A stretch of DNA of 64,000 nucleotides. Source: Meyerozyma guilliermondii. Its lineage: Eukaryota. The stretch covers positions 1,116,001-1,180,000 of the forward strand of contig CP128817.1 of NCBI GenBank assembly GCA_051546255.1. The letters are read 5' to 3'. Under the pieces are notes generated by a model. That model made no database searches. It was given only the letters and a program-made list of their open reading frames with translations, and had not been told where the DNA came from. Both the position numbers and the translations under genes were made by a program. The number at the start of each line of letters is the position of its first letter. The stretch's first letter is position 1. Shown piece after piece: positions 50,653 through 60,684 of this stretch.

Positions 50653-53600
50653 ATGTTTTCCAAGTTAAAGTCCAAGAAGGCACCATTATCTTTAAATTCG
50701 GTGTCCAATGCACTCAAAAACGCTGGATCCGAGAGCTTGACCAGCCCCAACATTCCAAAGAAAGACCTAGACTTGTATGTTTCATCTCAGCTAGGTCTCT
50801 CGCGCCATGCTGTGGTTGCAATGGCATATGATCCAGTCCAGTCGTTACTTGCAATTTCTACAAAAGGTGGCGAAATTAGAGTGTTTGGCCAGCACTCGGT
50901 TGAGGTTGTTTTCGAGTTCAAATTGGGAACAACTTTTACGGATTTGCGGTTTGTAAAGGGTGTATATTTGGTGGGTATTCTGCCTACCAACGGAGTGACG
51001 GTGTTGTCTCTTCACCTGAAAACTGTATTGCTGTCATATCTGCCACCTGGGGGCGTAGTGGCGACTGCTCTGGATCCTTCGTTGGACTGGCTTATTTTGG
51101 GGCTTGCCAATGGTCTGATAATAGTGTATGATGTGGACAGACTTAATCTTACACCATTTAGAGTGGATAATCTTCAGAAGAAAGTCCTCCCCAAACAAAA
51201 AATGTCGCCCGTTCTCCACGTTGAATGGCATCCTAGAGATATTGGCACCATCTTGGTTGCATACTCACATTGCGCTGTCATCTACTCGTTGACGATGGGA
51301 GAAATTAAGACGGTATTCATCTATCAGCTAAGCAAAGGAGCTCGTGGATTTGAAAACTCGTTGTTTATTGATAACGGTGGAAAGAAGAAAATGTTCAGCT
51401 CCAAAGAAGTTATACCGGAATTGGTCGAAGCTCACTTCCATCCGAATGGTTTACATGTGGTTACTGTACACAAGGATAACACGCTAGTGTTTTGGGATGC
51501 CAATGACGGCACTCTACTCGAGGCAAGATCTTTGTTTGAGACCAATTTACATCTTTCTGGTCCTCCAATTCCACCAGCAGCTCCTGCTCCGCCAATTACA
51601 AGTACTCGCTGGACATGTTCAAGCGACCCTGAAGTTACGCAATTGGTTATTTGTGGCGGAGACCCAAACCTGAATAACGTGATTCATGTCCTTGAATTTG
51701 GCTTCACCCTAAAATATTCCATGACATCTCACGAAAAACAGGGTAAATTTTACGCTCAACCTGCAACTGGACAAAGAATTTTACCTGTGGCTTTAAATTC
51801 CTCCAGCGAAACGCTTGTCAACATAATCCCATTACCAGCTGATAACTTGCCCTACTTTAATGGTAATCATAACCCGCAATACTTGATCGTCCAATCTGAT
51901 GTAGGGTCATTTTACATCATAGATTTCGAGTCACAAGGCAAGCTTGACATGACTGCCCTCATTTTACCTCCATCTTTGGCCTCCGCTCATCCTCCTGTCG
52001 TGTGTGCAAACGTCGAAGTTATTAGGAGAATTGACTGGTACAGTATAGTGTCTTCTCGTGCATCTTCTGGAGCCTCTGGCAAACAAAGATTGTTGCTTAA
52101 AGGTGGTGCCCCTGCTAGCACTAACTTAGTTCCCAGAGCACTAGGATTTGATGATGAGTCTCGCACAGTATCAATCACTGGACATGAGGGTGGTCTCGTT
52201 CGATTTTTGGACGTTTCTCGTGGTGAACATTCTCACCAGGAAAGTATAGTCCAGGTTAGTTTGCGTGAAACACTTTACGATGATGGCTCATCCAAATCTA
52301 TGAGGATAGTTGCGGTTTCGTGTGCGTTTGAGAGCAAGGAATTACTCATAGGTATGGGAAATGGAGATGTGGTTATTTGCAACTATGGGAAAATCAACAT
52401 CAATCCAAGAGCAAGCCAATTAGGAATAAGAGATTACAAGGACACTCCAGTTCAGCACCAAAACGGATCAGCGAAAATCCTCAATATCAGGGATCGCATT
52501 CTGGGCTCTTTTGCTCTTTCTACAACATTCTTACCCTCGTTTCTCTTACAAGTTGAGGGTACTGAAGAAATATCGTGCATCAAAATGAGTAATGCTGGTT
52601 TTGCAGCTATAGCGTACAAGTCAGGAAGATTGGTTGTGTGCGACGTAACTAGGGGCCCAGCCGTGATATTCAATGCCGACACAGTTCAACAGTTTTTGAG
52701 TCTTTCTCGTGGTCACTGTTATGCAACGAGCTTGGAGTTCGCAATCATGGAGTATGGTCAAGATGGTTACTCTTCAGTTCTTTTGTTGGTAGGCACCAAT
52801 GCTGGAGGAAACTTGATTTATTTCAAGATTCTTCCCCAGTCAAATGGAGGATTTGAGGTTGTGTTTGCCGATAAGACAATTGGTCTCAACTACAGATCAC
52901 TAGGCGATAAAAACGACGAAGAATCATCGAAAATTGATCAGATCATTCCAATTAGTGCGGTGAAAGGTACTTCTGCCGTTGCTTCATTGGAAATGTTCCA
53001 AAGATTGAGTCATGGAATAGTTATTCCTGGACTTATAATTACTACTTCTGACCGAGACATTAGAGTTCTCAGGCCCCCAAAACAAAAATTGTCACACAAG
53101 GTGATCGAAGACCATTGCTTGAGCTGTGGCATAATACAAACCAAGAGTCAAGGTATCTTGTTGGCTACGTTGGTCAAGTCGGGTTTCATAAAATTCTCAT
53201 CGTTGCCAGCCTTGGGAGATGTGGCTGACCTCAAGATTCCGAAAGGAGTGTTTGACTCGATGACCAAAGCATTTGAATCAGGAAAAGCTTCCGGTTCTGT
53301 ACTCTTACGCACGGGATTGATGTGTATCAAAAAGGGCACTGGAGAATTCATCAATATTTGTGCCTATCTGCATCTGGAAAACAACAAGCGCAATGCAAAA
53401 GAGCATCCAACCGATCTTCTATTTAACGAAAATGCTATCATTCCACCGCGGCCAGCCGCTTCCGCTTTACAATGGGCTAAAGGTCAAACTCGTTATATTA
53501 GCACCGAGGATTTAGCCCATTTAATAGCTGGGCCCAACCGGAAACCACCCAAGCATGCTGAGAGTCAGTTGGCTTACAATATCAGCCCAGAAGCAAATCC

Positions 53601-53862
53601 CAACCAGTCTTATGGTGGGTATGGTAACACGAGCAAAGAATCAGATCGTGGGTATGCTGCCCCAGTGCGGAAGGGCCAAAAAGGCGCCGGTTATGGTCTC
53701 AACTCTCTGGGATGGATCAGGGGCTTTCAGGATGGACTTGATAGCGTCGAGGAAACTGTCAATGGTTACGCTAATGCTATGAGTGAGTCCATGAGTGAGT
53801 CTATTGAAGGGACGAAAAAGTCGGTGTATGAGAGTGCCTTGAAGAGCAGAATTGGTTTGTGA
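50653..53862 (+). CDS. SRO77: Lethal giant larvae/tomosyn homolog (Sro7/Sro77)
   Basis: AYDPVQSLLA, VEWHPRDIGTILVAY, HPNGLHVVTVH.DNTLVFWDA, ITGHEGGLVR; ATG at 50653. Confidence 0.9.
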   Translation: MFSKLKSKKAPLSLNSVSNALKNAGSESLTSPNIPKKDLDLYVSSQLGLSRHAVVAMAYDPVQSLLAISTKGGEIRVFGQHSVEVVFEFKLGTTFTDLRFVKGVYLVGILPTNGVTVLSLHLKTVLLSYLPPGGVVATALDPSLDWLILGLANGLIIVYDVDRLNLTPFRVDNLQKKVLPKQKMSPVLHVEWHPRDIGTILVAYSHCAVIYSLTMGEIKTVFIYQLSKGARGFENSLFIDNGGKKKMFSSKEVIPELVEAHFHPNGLHVVTVHKDNTLVFWDANDGTLLEARSLFETNLHLSGPPIPPAAPAPPITSTRWTCSSDPEVTQLVICGGDPNLNNVIHVLEFGFTLKYSMTSHEKQGKFYAQPATGQRILPVALNSSSETLVNIIPLPADNLPYFNGNHNPQYLIVQSDVGSFYIIDFESQGKLDMTALILPPSLASAHPPVVCANVEVIRRIDWYSIVSSRASSGASGKQRLLLKGGAPASTNLVPRALGFDDESRTVSITGHEGGLVRFLDVSRGEHSHQESIVQVSLRETLYDDGSSKSMRIVAVSCAFESKELLIGMGNGDVVICNYGKININPRASQLGIRDYKDTPVQHQNGSAKILNIRDRILGSFALSTTFLPSFLLQVEGTEEISCIKMSNAGFAAIAYKSGRLVVCDVTRGPAVIFNADTVQQFLSLSRGHCYATSLEFAIMEYGQDGYSSVLLLVGTNAGGNLIYFKILPQSNGGFEVVFADKTIGLNYRSLGDKNDEESSKIDQIIPISAVKGTSAVASLEMFQRLSHGIVIPGLIITTSDRDIRVLRPPKQKLSHKVIEDHCLSCGIIQTKSQGILLATLVKSGFIKFSSLPALGDVADLKIPKGVFDSMTKAFESGKASGSVLLRTGLMCIKKGTGEFINICAYLHLENNKRNAKEHPTDLLFNENAIIPPRPAASALQWAKGQTRYISTEDLAHLIAGPNRKPPKHAESQLAYNISPEANPNQSYGGYGNTSKESDRGYAAPVRKGQKGAGYGLNSLGWIRGFQDGLDSVEETVNGYANAMSESMSESIEGTKKSVYESALKSRIGL

Positions 53863-53904
53863 AATTGTTATATGCTTCGAAGCACCTATATACATGTTAG
53901 CCAG

Positions 53905-55254
53905 CTAGATCGCATCTTTTCCGTCCATGTATTCTTGGAGCACCGGTGGGATTTTTATCGTATTTGTAGCCTCGTCGTAGAATTGCTCAATTATTGCAAC
54001 TATCACCCGAGGCACTGCCATACACGTTCCATTCAATGTGTGGACAAATTGCAACTTGTTATCTGAATTTCTGTACCGAATACCAAGTCTTCGAGCTTGA
54101 TAATCTCCACAGTTGGAGCTACTAGTCAACTCACCCCAATTACCTCGCCCCGGCATCCATGCTTCACAGTCGTATTTCATAAGTGCGGGAGCTCCAAGGT
54201 CATCTGCTGGCATTTTGATCATCTTAGACATTAAGCCAAGCTCTTCAATTATTTCAGTTTGAAGTTGACGTAAATCCTCAAGTTCTTGTTTGGCATATTC
54301 CGGCGTTGTAAAATGAAAAAGTTCAACCTTGGTGAATTCGTGAACCCTATATAAACCCTTGGTATCTTTGCCTCTGGCTCCAGCTTCGGCTCGGTAAGCC
54401 CTAGATACACCAACGTATTTAATAGGAAACTTTTGTCCATTTTCGAAATCTGTTCCAGAATGAATTGCACCTAAAGGAATTTCGGCAGTTCCCGTTAGGG
54501 ATAAGTTGCCTCCTTCAATCCCATAAATCTGCTTCTCGTTATTCTGGTCGTTTGGTTTGAATCCACAGGCGTGGACAAATTCGTTCTTCACAATTGACGG
54601 TGGTGTGACCATTCTATACCCGTACTGACGGGCCTTCTTCAATCCATACTGAACAAGCGCTTGCTCCAAAAGCGCCCCATCTCCTATAAGGTAGTACCAA
54701 GATGATCCTGACACTTTGGCTGCGCTTTGAAAATCCACTATAGAAAGGTTTTCAGCTATCTCACGATGATCGAATGTGGTTGCCGGTTTTATGGAAACAG
54801 CGTCTTTTTCTGATTCACAATTAATGAATTGGACAATCTCGGCTTCACTTTCAGCAATTGTAGGATCTATCAAGTTTGGAAGTCCCTCAGCCTTGTCGAG
54901 AATCTCACTTGACAACTCTTTATGTTGCTCTTCAAGATATTTGAGTTGCAGCTTCAATTCAATCAAGCTCTCTTTAATCTGAGGACTTTTCTCCTTTTTC
55001 ATCGCTTCTCCCATAATACTTCTCTCGTGCCTCAACGAATCGATCTGTTTTGCAAGTTCAACTTCATGATTTCTTCTCTCCACTATATCTTCCAAGTTTT
55101 GAACGTAGCTTTGTGGTAACTTACGTTTATTGATAGAGTCTCGATACTCATCTTTTCTTGCAATTATTGACTTTATGTCAAGCACAGGTCGCTTGAGAGA
55201 CGACAGACATCGACAAAAGATGAGCCGTGGTGCTCGTCTTGTCAAGAGAGTCAT
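53905..55254 (-). CDS. DIA4: Mitochondrial seryl-tRNA synthetase
   Basis: LTGTAEIPL, YRAEAG..GKDTKGLYRVHEFTKVE, GELTSSSNCGDYQARRL, HTLNGT.MAVPR; presequence-like start MTLLTRRAPR (start codon uncertain). Confidence 0.92.
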   Translation of the reverse strand: MTLLTRRAPRLIFCRCLSSLKRPVLDIKSIIARKDEYRDSINKRKLPQSYVQNLEDIVERRNHEVELAKQIDSLRHERSIMGEAMKKEKSPQIKESLIELKLQLKYLEEQHKELSSEILDKAEGLPNLIDPTIAESEAEIVQFINCESEKDAVSIKPATTFDHREIAENLSIVDFQSAAKVSGSSWYYLIGDGALLEQALVQYGLKKARQYGYRMVTPPSIVKNEFVHACGFKPNDQNNEKQIYGIEGGNLSLTGTAEIPLGAIHSGTDFENGQKFPIKYVGVSRAYRAEAGARGKDTKGLYRVHEFTKVELFHFTTPEYAKQELEDLRQLQTEIIEELGLMSKMIKMPADDLGAPALMKYDCEAWMPGRGNWGELTSSSNCGDYQARRLGIRYRNSDNKLQFVHTLNGTCMAVPRVIVAIIEQFYDEATNTIKIPPVLQEYMDGKDAI

Positions 55255-55397
55255 AACCGTATTTTCGCTAGTTGCAAAATTCGCGGGTTGCATTCCTGCA
55301 ATTTGCGAAGATTCGACCAAATGATAAAATAATTCATTTTTATTCTAGTTCTATGTTTATACAAGGTAAGACATTCTACCAGTGTCATTATTCATAA

Positions 55398-57128
55398 TCA
55401 TGCAAACAAAACCTTCCATACCTTTCTTGGGAAGGAATATTTTTGGAATCTTTCGGACTCTTCTTGTTTCTGAAGGTTCAACAATTCTTGGTCGAAAATA
55501 GTTCTATCAGCATTGATGTCAATGTCTTCAGTTTTGATATAGAGCCTCCATTTACGGGTATAAAGCTTGTGTCCAACGTAAAATAAAATGAAGACACAGG
55601 CACCCAAATAGTTTTGGAAAAAGTTTTCGGCATCTGGTTTTGGTGCACCAATTGGATACAAGGCAATCCAGAATTGAGCAACCAAGATCAACATGAGAAT
55701 AACCGTTGCGTACACCGAGCCAATGACACCGGTGCTGGCCTTGTATCCCAAAGCGTCCGTGGAAATGCCATTGTATTTGAGAGCGTAACGGAAACGAATA
55801 TGGGAAACACAGATGGCAGTCCAGGTGAACACTTGAGACAAACCAGAGATTGCAAGTAACCAATTGAAGACTGTCTCCTGCTTCTTGTAAGCAGCAATGA
55901 AGGAAAAGAGTCCAAAAAAGGTACAGATGCACAATGCTCTGAAGGGACGTCCTTCTCTATCAATATAGTTGAAGTAACTTGGAGCAAACCCCTGTTCTGA
56001 AAGCGATTGTAAGGTTCTTGAAGACGAGTACAATGCTGAAGATGCCACGGAAACAACCGAAAAGAGAATAACAGCGTTGATGATGTGGGGAACAACGTGA
56101 ACTCCATGCAAAGCAGCAGCAAGAACAAATGGAGATGCATGGGATCCACCACCCTGAGAACCCATCAATTGGTCTGAATTGTAAGGCACCAAAAGACCAA
56201 CCATTGTCAAGGAACCCAAGAACAAAATTAACACTCTCCAGAAGATTAACTTACAAGCGGCAGGAATTGCAACTCTTGGGTTTGGTTGTTCAGCGGCAGA
56301 CAAAGCCACAAACTCCGATTGACCCAAGGAAAAAGCACCGGTAACAAACACAGAGCACAACCCTTTAAAGTTGGTGTAGTAACCGGGATCATGCCAAAAC
56401 TTTCCTCCGATATACTTCTTCTGAGGACCACCACCAACATCCACCACGATGGCCATGATAATGAACCCAGTAATCATACACAACTTGAGACATCCAAAGA
56501 CAAACTCTCCTTCACCATAACCTTTGGCGCCCACAAAGTTGATAAAGACAATAAGGACAAAGAAAATAGCGACCCAAACGTCAGAGTTGATCGATGTATT
56601 CCAGTACTTGATGGTAATAGAAGCCGTTACCAATTCAAGGGCAATCACGGAAAGCCACTGGATACAGTAATTCCAAGTTACAGCAAATGCAATCGACTCA
56701 TCGATGAATTTTCTTGGATAATTATTGTAACCTCCAGAAAGTTCGGAATAATTCACAGCCATTTCTCCGGCGGCTTGTAAAGTTGGATATAAGAACGAAC
56801 CAACAATAGCATAACCCACAACCAAAAACAAAGGACCAGCATTATGAAGAGACTTACCTGACCCAACAAGCAAACCAGTACCGACACCGGTAACAAGTGC
56901 CATGAGGGTCAAGTGTCTTCTGCTAATACCCTTTGCAAGTTGCTTACCTTCTGCTTCCCCTGATTGTTTTCTCTTAAAAGAGTCAACAAATCGGGTCCAT
57001 TTTGACTCGGTTTTCGGTTTGCTGTAAAGCGAGTCAGAGCTATAGTCTGGAGAGATTTCTCCAGTAATATCACCCAGAGGTGTTTTTATCTCACTGGTAA
57101 CAGGTTCAAGTGGTCCTGACTTTGACAT
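55398..57128 (-). CDS. Amino-acid permease (YAT family, Agp1/Gnp1/Bap-like clade)
   Basis: RHLTLMAL.TGVGTGLLVG, QAAGEMAV.Y, GYGEGEF, ASPFV, NFFQNYL. Confidence 0.93.
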   Translation of the reverse strand: MSKSGPLEPVTSEIKTPLGDITGEISPDYSSDSLYSKPKTESKWTRFVDSFKRKQSGEAEGKQLAKGISRRHLTLMALVTGVGTGLLVGSGKSLHNAGPLFLVVGYAIVGSFLYPTLQAAGEMAVNYSELSGGYNNYPRKFIDESIAFAVTWNYCIQWLSVIALELVTASITIKYWNTSINSDVWVAIFFVLIVFINFVGAKGYGEGEFVFGCLKLCMITGFIIMAIVVDVGGGPQKKYIGGKFWHDPGYYTNFKGLCSVFVTGAFSLGQSEFVALSAAEQPNPRVAIPAACKLIFWRVLILFLGSLTMVGLLVPYNSDQLMGSQGGGSHASPFVLAAALHGVHVVPHIINAVILFSVVSVASSALYSSSRTLQSLSEQGFAPSYFNYIDREGRPFRALCICTFFGLFSFIAAYKKQETVFNWLLAISGLSQVFTWTAICVSHIRFRYALKYNGISTDALGYKASTGVIGSVYATVILMLILVAQFWIALYPIGAPKPDAENFFQNYLGACVFILFYVGHKLYTRKWRLYIKTEDIDINADRTIFDQELLNLQKQEESERFQKYSFPRKVWKVLFA

Positions 57129-57779
57129 AACAAGTGAAAATATATACCAGGATGTGCCAGTGCTTATAAAGATGCCTGAGCGTTAGTAATTCTTTCCCCA
57201 CCAATCCTGAACAGCCTGACTTTATCGCAAGGCATTTTTCCGCATAAACGGCATTTCAGAGCCTGCTGCACGAAAACTTTGCAGCCGCAACCTCTGCGGG
57301 CTGAAAAAGGAAATTATAAGGCGCGACTAGACGGCGAAGGAAATCCTAAAGAAGGTCCAAGGTGCCAAATTGTTTGGTTGTATCCTTTAGGTAGTGTTCC
57401 CCGAATACATGATTTTCCAATGCACTCACCACACCGATAGCCGGAACTTTTTTCCGGGGCTATCTTTTTGCCATTCGGGTAACGTGACGTATGTACGGCG
57501 TTTTGACAGGATTCCGCGCATAATTTTCGCAGCAAAAGAAATTAAGGCACATTGGATCTCCGGGATTGGCTATGGTTCGATGTTTTTGTAGATGCACCCG
57601 ATGTGGGGTATTCCATACGCAATCTAGAGTTTGGGTTTGACCCGGACCAAGTGCCGTATAACTCCTCGTTACAGGGTTTACAATTCTGCAAATTCCCGGT
57701 ACCGGACCGCAACCGGCGCATAATGCGGCATTGTGATAATAAGCCATCAGTTATCAATTACTCCGAGATATTATCCTAT

Positions 57780-60140
57780 TTACAAGTCTTTGGTTTCTCC
57801 TCCTATGATTCTCATCGCTTTCTCGTCGCCCTTGGATAACTCCTGGTTTGAAAGCGCATCGGCAAGACAGTGCCATGGGTCTCTAGTTCCACCCCACTTG
57901 AGAATTGCTTCTTTATAAGTTGTTCCTGCTTCTCTACTCCAAGGATCGTTTTGGAAAAGGGACTTCCAGATTTTCTCTGCAATTGCTCTATCAAACAAGT
58001 AAGAAAAGTAAACTGCGCCGTAGGAAAACAAGTGGGGGAATTTACCATGCCAAGTGGACCATTGATCTGAGAACACCTTCAATTCTTTTTCAAGTGAGTG
58101 ATACATGGTGGTAGAATCAATATCATCACGAGCCATTTCCAATTGCTTAACAATACTCTTCCCGTGTAAAACCTGATCTAACATTGCCATTTTCGATTGC
58201 ATGTAAGTCTCGCTATTCTCCAACACGTTTCTATAATGTTGGTGCTTGGCAAGAATATCATGTGGTAATAATTCGTTAGTACTGTAGTGACGAGCAATGC
58301 GGCCAAGCACACGCGGATCTTTGCTGAAAGACTCCATCAATACTGAAGGAAGCTCAACGAAGTCTGTCAGACATCGAGTTCCTGACAAATTTTGAAGTTT
58401 TGTTCGTCCAATCATCGAATGCATTGCATGTCCCATTTCATGAAATATTGTGTCAACTTGATCCAATGTTAATAATGTTGGCTTTGAGGTTTCCAAGCCT
58501 GCAAATCTGCCTATAAATGAGTTTCCTTGGTGGAAATTGCAAACCAATGAGATAACTGGTAATTGGTGACTTTCTGTTTCATCCAACTGCACTAACGGTT
58601 TCATGACTTCGACCTTTTCCCCAAGATCTTTATTAAGTTGACGCAGGCACACAATGGTAAAATGAGATGGTAGAACGTTAGGCAGCCAGAAATCAAGGTA
58701 TAAGAATCCCAAAGTCGATTGTGTCTCATTATCAAATACCTTGATTTTACGCACTTGGGATGCCCATGTCTCGCCAGAAGCCGATGGTTCAGGCAAAAGC
58801 TCTATGCTGTAGATGCTATGGAAGAGCTGAGACAATCCGCTCATAATAGTTCCTACCGAAAGATACTCAGAAATATTATCGTCGAGTTGAGTCTCTTTCT
58901 TCTCTTCCTGTAGTTTGTGTAATAAATAATCCCGATCCCAAGGTTGGATTGCGTGAATGATGTCGCTTTTAGAAGCACCTGGTTTCCAGTGGTTGCTCAT
59001 GGCGTACAACGACTCGAGCTCTGAGATCAATCCACTGTTTTCACCATCCACCATTTTTCTTTGCAAGTTTTCTAAAAACGTCAAAACGTTCTCAGGATTC
59101 TTTGCCATTTTGTGCTCTAGTTGATAATGTGCAAAAGATTCATACCCTAGCATTTTTGAGAGGGTGGCTCTATACTTTAAAAACAAATTCAAGGTCGAGA
59201 TTTGTTCTTCAGAGGCATTATGCAACGCAATCCACACCTTTCGCCTTACCGATTCCATGGAACATCGCTGAAGAATCGAGTACGGAAGGGAACCGGCAAG
59301 AGGAATGTAAACCGAGTTGCGAGACAGTCTTGGTGATTTTTGTTGAAACCGGCGTATTTCACGTTTAAGGTCAGCATTGTCAATAGCTTCGTATTCTTGT
59401 TGGGAGATTTCACACCAATAGTCTTTTAGTTCGTGTATGCCATTATTGAAGTGAGAACCCAACACAGATATTTCTTGGGTCAAAGCCACAAAGTTCTCTC
59501 TTGTGTGTGGCTCCATATAAATACCTGAACGTTCAAAATCTTGCTTCAAGTATTCACCCACCATGATTTCCTCGCTGCTGAGTTTACTCGTGATAGACTT
59601 ATCGGCGAGAATGTTCCCTAAAATCGTATGAAGCTGAACATTCGTGTTAAGTTGGTTCATGTACTCAAACATCAATTCATGGGTTTGCTGCGCAGCATGT
59701 GTCCATTTCAGGTTTGGATGGGCCACCCTAATGAATTCAGCAACATCAATAACCCGACATAATATATCGCTGAGCTGGTCCAATCTTCGAATGTAATGTA
59801 TCTTTCCCTGGTCGCTGGTCTCTGCCTCTCTTATCATTGTATCAACAAGAGTTTGTGCTTCGGTCAAACACTGTCCGGAAAAGTCTATGAGGCCTTGTGG
59901 TGTAGTTAGCTTTTCATTTTTGAACAAACCAGTTCTGGGACCCGAGAATATCTTCCTTGATAAGGTGCCATTATTGAAATCTTGATAGTACTTATCATCA
60001 TCAAATACTCGCCTGACATGTTCAAACGAAGATGTTGGATTGGATCTGCTTGCTAGTGAGCGTATAAATGACGATTTGCTCGAAGGTCTAGTCCATACCT
60101 TGGCGTGATGTCGGTATGACCGAAGGAGGATCAGAGACAT
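57780..60140 (-). CDS. OCT1: Mitochondrial intermediate peptidase (M3 family)
   Basis: LDQLSDILCRVIDVAEFIRVAHP, FHEMGHAMHSM.GRT....SGTRC.TDFVELPS, HLFSYGA.YFSYLFDR. Confidence 0.95.
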   Translation of the reverse strand: MSLILLRSYRHHAKVWTRPSSKSSFIRSLASRSNPTSSFEHVRRVFDDDKYYQDFNNGTLSRKIFSGPRTGLFKNEKLTTPQGLIDFSGQCLTEAQTLVDTMIREAETSDQGKIHYIRRLDQLSDILCRVIDVAEFIRVAHPNLKWTHAAQQTHELMFEYMNQLNTNVQLHTILGNILADKSITSKLSSEEIMVGEYLKQDFERSGIYMEPHTRENFVALTQEISVLGSHFNNGIHELKDYWCEISQQEYEAIDNADLKREIRRFQQKSPRLSRNSVYIPLAGSLPYSILQRCSMESVRRKVWIALHNASEEQISTLNLFLKYRATLSKMLGYESFAHYQLEHKMAKNPENVLTFLENLQRKMVDGENSGLISELESLYAMSNHWKPGASKSDIIHAIQPWDRDYLLHKLQEEKKETQLDDNISEYLSVGTIMSGLSQLFHSIYSIELLPEPSASGETWASQVRKIKVFDNETQSTLGFLYLDFWLPNVLPSHFTIVCLRQLNKDLGEKVEVMKPLVQLDETESHQLPVISLVCNFHQGNSFIGRFAGLETSKPTLLTLDQVDTIFHEMGHAMHSMIGRTKLQNLSGTRCLTDFVELPSVLMESFSKDPRVLGRIARHYSTNELLPHDILAKHQHYRNVLENSETYMQSKMAMLDQVLHGKSIVKQLEMARDDIDSTTMYHSLEKELKVFSDQWSTWHGKFPHLFSYGAVYFSYLFDRAIAEKIWKSLFQNDPWSREAGTTYKEAILKWGGTRDPWHCLADALSNQELSKGDEKAMRIIGGETKDL

Positions 60141-60684
60141 GAAACCAAATCGGGCCGGAAATTTTCAAGTGTCGCAGACTGCACAAATGTCAGCAAAATA
60201 GCGAGAAAGTGTGAAGAGAGCCAGTAAATGTATTGTGAGACAAAGTTTGTCCATAGCAAAGAGAGAGGTGATTCAAGTTGAAATGTACTGATGACGATTC
60301 TCTAAATATAAACATAAAATAAAAAAAGAGAAAGTGAATTATAATTGAAAAATATACCAACACTCCAAACATACCATTACCCTCCATAATTGTCTAACTT
60401 CCCACTACCAAACCACCTCTACTTTACAATCTCACTTCTACACATCTAATTTTTAGTGTCTTCATTTTCTCCCTCCCCCACTCTCCCACCGCAGTGACGT
60501 AACATGCAGGCTCGCTCATGTCACAAAATCATTGTCAACGGGTGTCTGCCGAGATCTCCTACATTATAATCACGGGCCACGCTGAAAAAAGCTTCAAAAT
60601 TCGCCGTTTCTACTTTCTAGACTACTCGGCGTCCGTATTCAACCCTCAACTACCTTTGTATACCACCCACTCATTCCTTTCATC

